A stretch of DNA of 64,000 bases from Pyrinomonadales bacterium. Lineage in GTDB: Bacteria; Acidobacteriota; Blastocatellia; Pyrinomonadales; Pyrinomonadaceae. The notes under the pieces were generated by a model. It was not told where the DNA came from, ran no database searches, and saw nothing but the letters and a program-made list of their open reading frames with translations. The stretch covers positions 375 through 64,374 of the forward strand of contig JBBRYU010000001.1 of the NCBI GenBank assembly GCA_038237345.1. The letters are read 5' to 3'. A program made the translations under genes and the position numbers. The stretch's first letter is position 1. Each line of letters begins with the position of its first letter. This document shows, piece after piece, positions 60,052 through 64,000 of the stretch.

Positions 60052-61731
60052 GTGCCGGATGCAGTGCCACTCGATGCGTCAAGCGTGCGCCGTCGCTCAC
60101 GGCTTCGGGCACTGGCGCGCACTGCCGCGCCGACGCGCGTCGAGTTCGCGTCCGCCGTGTTGTCCGCGCTGCTGCTCGCCCTCGCTTTTCCGGATTTCGA
60201 TCTCTGGCCGCTCGCATGGATCGGTCTCACACCATTGCTCGTCAATATCGCGCGCCGCCCACGCGCACGGCCAAGCTTTCTGCTCGGCTGGACGACCGGT
60301 ACCCTCTTCTTCTACGCCTCGTGTTGGTGGCTCACACACTCGATGATCCACTACGGTGGTATCCCCGCCGCCCTTGCCTTCCCTTTACTCGCGCCCGGCG
60401 CATTGATCGTCGGTCTGTTTCCGGCCTTGTTCGCGACTGCGCTCGCGCGTCTGTGTGCGCGTTGGGGCACACGCGCACTATTGATCGCGCCGCCCCTGTG
60501 GGTCGCGCTCGAATGGGCACGGCTCGGTGCGACCGGTCAACTATGGAACGCCATCGGCTACTCGCAGGCATATCAGCCCGCGCTCATACAGACCGCGCGC
60601 TGGGGCGGCGTCTATGCCGTCGGCTTTCTGCTCGTAGCCACGAACGCTGCGCTCGCCTACGCGCTCGTGCGGCGCAATGCGCGCGCTGCGTTGACCGCGC
60701 TGCTTGTCTTTTTCGTCGTCGCACTTATCATCACGCTGCCGCTCTTCATCGCAACGCGCGGCCCGCACACGAGCGGCGCAGAGCTACCGTCCGCCGTCGT
60801 CATCGCCGTACAGCCGAACGTCGCGGTGAACTTCGACCGCATGCCGGAAGAGACCGCCGCACTCATCGCGCGGCATCTCTCGCTGAGCGCGGACGCATTG
60901 CGCCAGTGGGATGAGACGCAAGCGCATGAACGTGAACGTGCGCCAACCGATGGCCTTGCTCCACAACTTGCCGGCGCGTGGGCGGCGACGCCGCGCGTCG
61001 TCGTCTGGCCCGAGTCGCCGATGAATTTTAGTTACGCGCGCGATGCGGAGTTCCGTGCGCTCGTGAGCGAGTTCGCGCTGACACATCAAACGGCCGTGCT
61101 GTTCAATTCGCTTGAGCCGGCGCCGGCGGGCGGCGCGTACAATGCGGCGGTGTTGATAGACGCAGGGGGCCGGCTCGCGGCGCAGTATGATAAGATTCGC
61201 CTGCTGCCGTTTGGCGAATATGTGCCGTTGCCGCGCTGGTTTCCCGGCGCGTGGCTGTTGAGCGGCGTGGTGGGCGATTTCACGCCGGGCACGAAGTATC
61301 CATTGCTATCCATCGGCACAGCACGCGGCGGGGTGTTCATCTGTTTCGAGTCCGCGTTCCCGTCCATCGCGCGCACGTTCACACGTGCAGGCGCGGACGT
61401 GCTGATCAACATCTCGAACGACGGCTACTTGGGGCGCACGCCGGTCATGCGCCAACATTTAGCGAACGCGATCTTTCGCGCGGTTGAAAACAGGCGTCCC
61501 ATCCTGCGGGTGACGAACACAGGCATCAGCGCATACATTACACCGCGCGGCAAGATTGAGGACACAACGAACAGTTTTGAGCCGGCCGTGCGCACATGGA
61601 TGGTGGCGCGCTCAATTGACAGCCAGACTTTCTACACGCAGCACGGCGATCTATTCGTCGCGCTCTGCACCATGTTCACTGGATTATCTTTGCTGCTAAC
61701 ATTCAAAGGCCAACGGCAATTGAAGAATTAA
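60052..61731 (+). CDS. lnt: apolipoprotein N-acyltransferase
   Basis: Multi-TM N-terminal half plus a CN-hydrolase domain (VVWPESP, FICFESAFP, LINISNDGYLG). GTG start. Confidence 0.85.
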   Translation: MPDAVPLDASSVRRRSRLRALARTAAPTRVEFASAVLSALLLALAFPDFDLWPLAWIGLTPLLVNIARRPRARPSFLLGWTTGTLFFYASCWWLTHSMIHYGGIPAALAFPLLAPGALIVGLFPALFATALARLCARWGTRALLIAPPLWVALEWARLGATGQLWNAIGYSQAYQPALIQTARWGGVYAVGFLLVATNAALAYALVRRNARAALTALLVFFVVALIITLPLFIATRGPHTSGAELPSAVVIAVQPNVAVNFDRMPEETAALIARHLSLSADALRQWDETQAHERERAPTDGLAPQLAGAWAATPRVVVWPESPMNFSYARDAEFRALVSEFALTHQTAVLFNSLEPAPAGGAYNAAVLIDAGGRLAAQYDKIRLLPFGEYVPLPRWFPGAWLLSGVVGDFTPGTKYPLLSIGTARGGVFICFESAFPSIARTFTRAGADVLINISNDGYLGRTPVMRQHLANAIFRAVENRRPILRVTNTGISAYITPRGKIEDTTNSFEPAVRTWMVARSIDSQTFYTQHGDLFVALCTMFTGLSLLLTFKGQRQLKN

Positions 61732-61938
61732 ATGAATCGTAATTCGACTAGCACGAAGATACTTTTCCACGCCAGCACCGGCTCGCTAGTCATAGGTGTG
61801 CTAACGATCTCCGTGACGCTGTTTGGTGCAGTGCTTTATTATTTCGATCTCAACGAAGGCTGGCTGACTTGGACTGTTTACTTCGCCTTACTTTGCACGG
61901 CGGGACTGTGGCTTACGCGGCGTAAGTCACTCAAATAG
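61732..61938 (+). CDS. small two-TM hypothetical protein (68 aa)
   Basis: ATG directly abuts the lnt stop. There are two hydrophobic segments. Confidence 0.4.
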   Translation: MNRNSTSTKILFHASTGSLVIGVLTISVTLFGAVLYYFDLNEGWLTWTVYFALLCTAGLWLTRRKSLK

Positions 61939-61975
61939 CATTGTCATCACTTAACCTTTGCTACAGAGGATACAA

Positions 61976-63086
61976 ATGATCGAGACTTTATCAACCCAAG
62001 AGTTGCGCGCAAGCTATGACGACCTGCGCACGCGCGTCGAGCAACTCGGGAGGTTTCTTTGATGTCGCGGCGAAGCAAGATGAATTAGCGCGCATTGAGA
62101 CGCAAGCTTCTGCGCCAGATTTCTGGCAGGATCAAGAGGCGGCGCAGAAATTGTTGCAGCAGCGCAGCCGCGTGGAGAAAGTTGTCACGCGCCACCGCCA
62201 GTTCGAGTCCGAGATTGCGGACGCGGGCGTGCTCTTTGAATTCGCGGAGGAAGACGAAGCGAGTCTCGGCGAGTTGCGCCAACTGCTCGCCCGACTTGAA
62301 CAAGAGATCGGCGCGGCCGAGACCGAAATGCTGCTCTCCGGCGACAACGACGCCTTGCATGCCATCTGCACCATTCATCCTGGCGCGGGCGGCACGGAGT
62401 CGCAGGACTGGGCCGAGATGCTCCTGCGCTTGTATCTGAAGTGGGCCGAGCGGCGCGGCTTCAAGACCGAAGTGATCGACTACCAACCGGGCGAAGAAGC
62501 CGGCCTCAAGAGCGTCACGTTCCGCGTCGAAGGCGAATACGCTTACGGTCTCTTGTCCGCCGAAGCGGGCGTGCATCGGCTCGTGCGCATCTCGCCGTTC
62601 GATCAGGCGGCGCGGCGACACACGTCGTTCGCTTCGCTCTTCGTCTATCCTGAGATCGACGAGAACATCGAGGTTGAGATCAACGATAAAGACTTGCGCG
62701 TCGATACTTATCGCGCGACCGGCGCGGGCGGACAGCACATCAACACGACCGATTCGGCCGTGCGCATCACGCACCTGCCCACGAACATCGTCGTCCAGTG
62801 TCAGAACCAACGCTCGCAACATCAGAATCGCGCTGTCGCCATGCAAGTCTTGCGCGCACGCCTCTACGAACTCGAACTGGAAAAGCGCCGCGCCGAGACC
62901 AGCGCGCTCGAAGCGAACAAGGCCGACATCTCGTTCGGCTCGCAGATCAGAAACTACGTGCTGGCGCCCTACCGGCTCGTTAAGGACACGCGCACCAAAC
63001 TTGAGCGTGGAGATGTTGACGCGGTGCTGGCCGGTGACATAGACGATTTCATCAAAGCCTATCTGCTCGCCCAGCGAGCGGCATAG
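61976..63086 (+). CDS. prfB: peptide chain release factor 2, with the programmed +1 frameshift at CTT TGA (62057-62062)
   Basis: Frame 0 reads MIETLSTQELRASYDDLRTRVEQLGRFL-TGA, with an internal SD-like GGGAGG at 62048-62053. The +1 frame continues as DVAAKQDELARIETQASAPDFWQD... It carries the RF2 motifs SPF and GGQHINTTDSAVRITH. Confidence 0.9.
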
Positions 63087-63130
63087 GGTTAGCGCAGACT
63101 GATTCGTTTTCCCGGACTGAGGGACAGTTT

Positions 63131-64000
63131 TATGGCCATCACACAGGCAGACGCGCGGGCGAAGCAGCTCGCGCCGCGCAACACACGGCTCAACGAGATC
63201 GTCGCCATCGCGCTCTTCGCGCTGGGCGCGCTGCTATTATTGTGCCTCGTCTTCTTCAACCCGAACGACAATTCTATTAACTCGGTTGGCGCAGCCACCA
63301 CGCATAATCTGGTCGGGCCGGCCGGCGCTTACGTCGCGGACGCGCTGCTGCAAACGCTCGGACTCGCTGCGTATCTTTTGCCCGTGCTGCTCTTCATGCT
63401 CGCATGGCGACGCTTTCGCACACGCCGGCTGCACGCGCCGTTGCAACGCGTCGTCGGTCTCGTCACCATCCTGCTCGCCGCCGCCTCGCTCCTTGCACTG
63501 TTCAGTCTCCCCCTGCTTTTCGACGGGCGCGTGCGCGCGGGCGGCATGACGGGCACGCTGATCGCCGGCACACTCGTGGGCGCGTTGAACACGGTCGGCG
63601 CGGCGATTTTGCTGACCGCTATCGCGGCGACCGGCTTGCTGTTAGCGACCAACTTCTCCTTCGCCCGCGCCTACGAGCGTATGGCTGGCTCGTTCGGTGA
63701 TCGATTTGCTTTCTTCCGCGCCGTGCCTGAACGTTTCCGCGCATGGCGCGCACAACGCGGCGCACTCACGGAGCAGCGCGCGGAGCAACGCCGCATCGCC
63801 GAGGCCGAACGCGAAGCGAGTCGCAGCGTGGTGAAAACCGAGCGTGAACGCTCGCTCGCGGGTCAGGTCGAAGACTTCATGCGCAAGACCGACCCGGCAC
63901 AAGACGCGCTCGCCTCGTCGGCCATACGCCGCGCGGCGACAGCCGCCGCAGAGGCCGCGCCGCAGCCCGTCGTGCGCCCCGATGAAGCCGCCGCCGCTCC
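63131..64000 (+). CDS. ftsK: DNA translocase FtsK/SpoIIIE, N-terminal membrane domain and linker (runs off the window end)
   Basis: ATG 63131. Reads MAITQADARAKQLAPRNTRLNEIVAIALFALGALLLLCLVFF...LVGPAGAYVADALLQTLGLAAYLLPVLLF, the FtsK 4TM pattern. The frame is open to the window edge, so it is not in the ORF track. Confidence 0.8.

Overview
High-GC (about 65%) bacterial chromosomal segment. The gene content looks like a soil Acidobacteriota-type organism, which is inference only. From left to right the window holds the following. (1) A tightly packed five-gene minus-strand operon of about 15.5 kb (555-16035): beta-propeller protein, VIT/vWA protein, 2661-aa TPR giant, and two membrane-anchored unknowns. 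(2) A small block with a possible HaeIII-like nuclease, pncA, a MOSC protein and a P-loop protein. (3) Two convergent 408-aa ATP-grasp paralogs. (4) An ECF sigma gene coupled to a TonB-C protein, divergent from a 2064-aa thioester alpha-2-macroglobulin that carries three GspG-like inserts. (5) selD with an in-frame UGA, plus a coupled methyltransferase. (6) tRNA-Glu. (7) A [NiFe]-hydrogenase locus (42.6-51.1 kb) flanked by two ATPase-less NikA/Dpp-type ABC importer sets. It contains four small single-pass membrane paralogs, an EthD gene between the small and large subunit genes, a large subunit broken by an in-frame TAA, and a CooC-type ATPase whose metal-binding CxC motif reads UGA-x-Cys. (8) A mer-type operator/MerR module whose CcdA-like membrane protein also has an in-frame UGA. 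(9) Housekeeping genes: lnt, prfB with its +1 frameshift, and the ftsK N-terminus. The main hunt result is three in-frame UGA codons, each at a catalytic or metal-binding Cys position (SelD, CooC-like, CcdA-like). Together they suggest a selenoproteome that extends into nickel insertion for an atypical hydrogenase. No rRNA genes, CRISPR arrays or intact transposases were seen.
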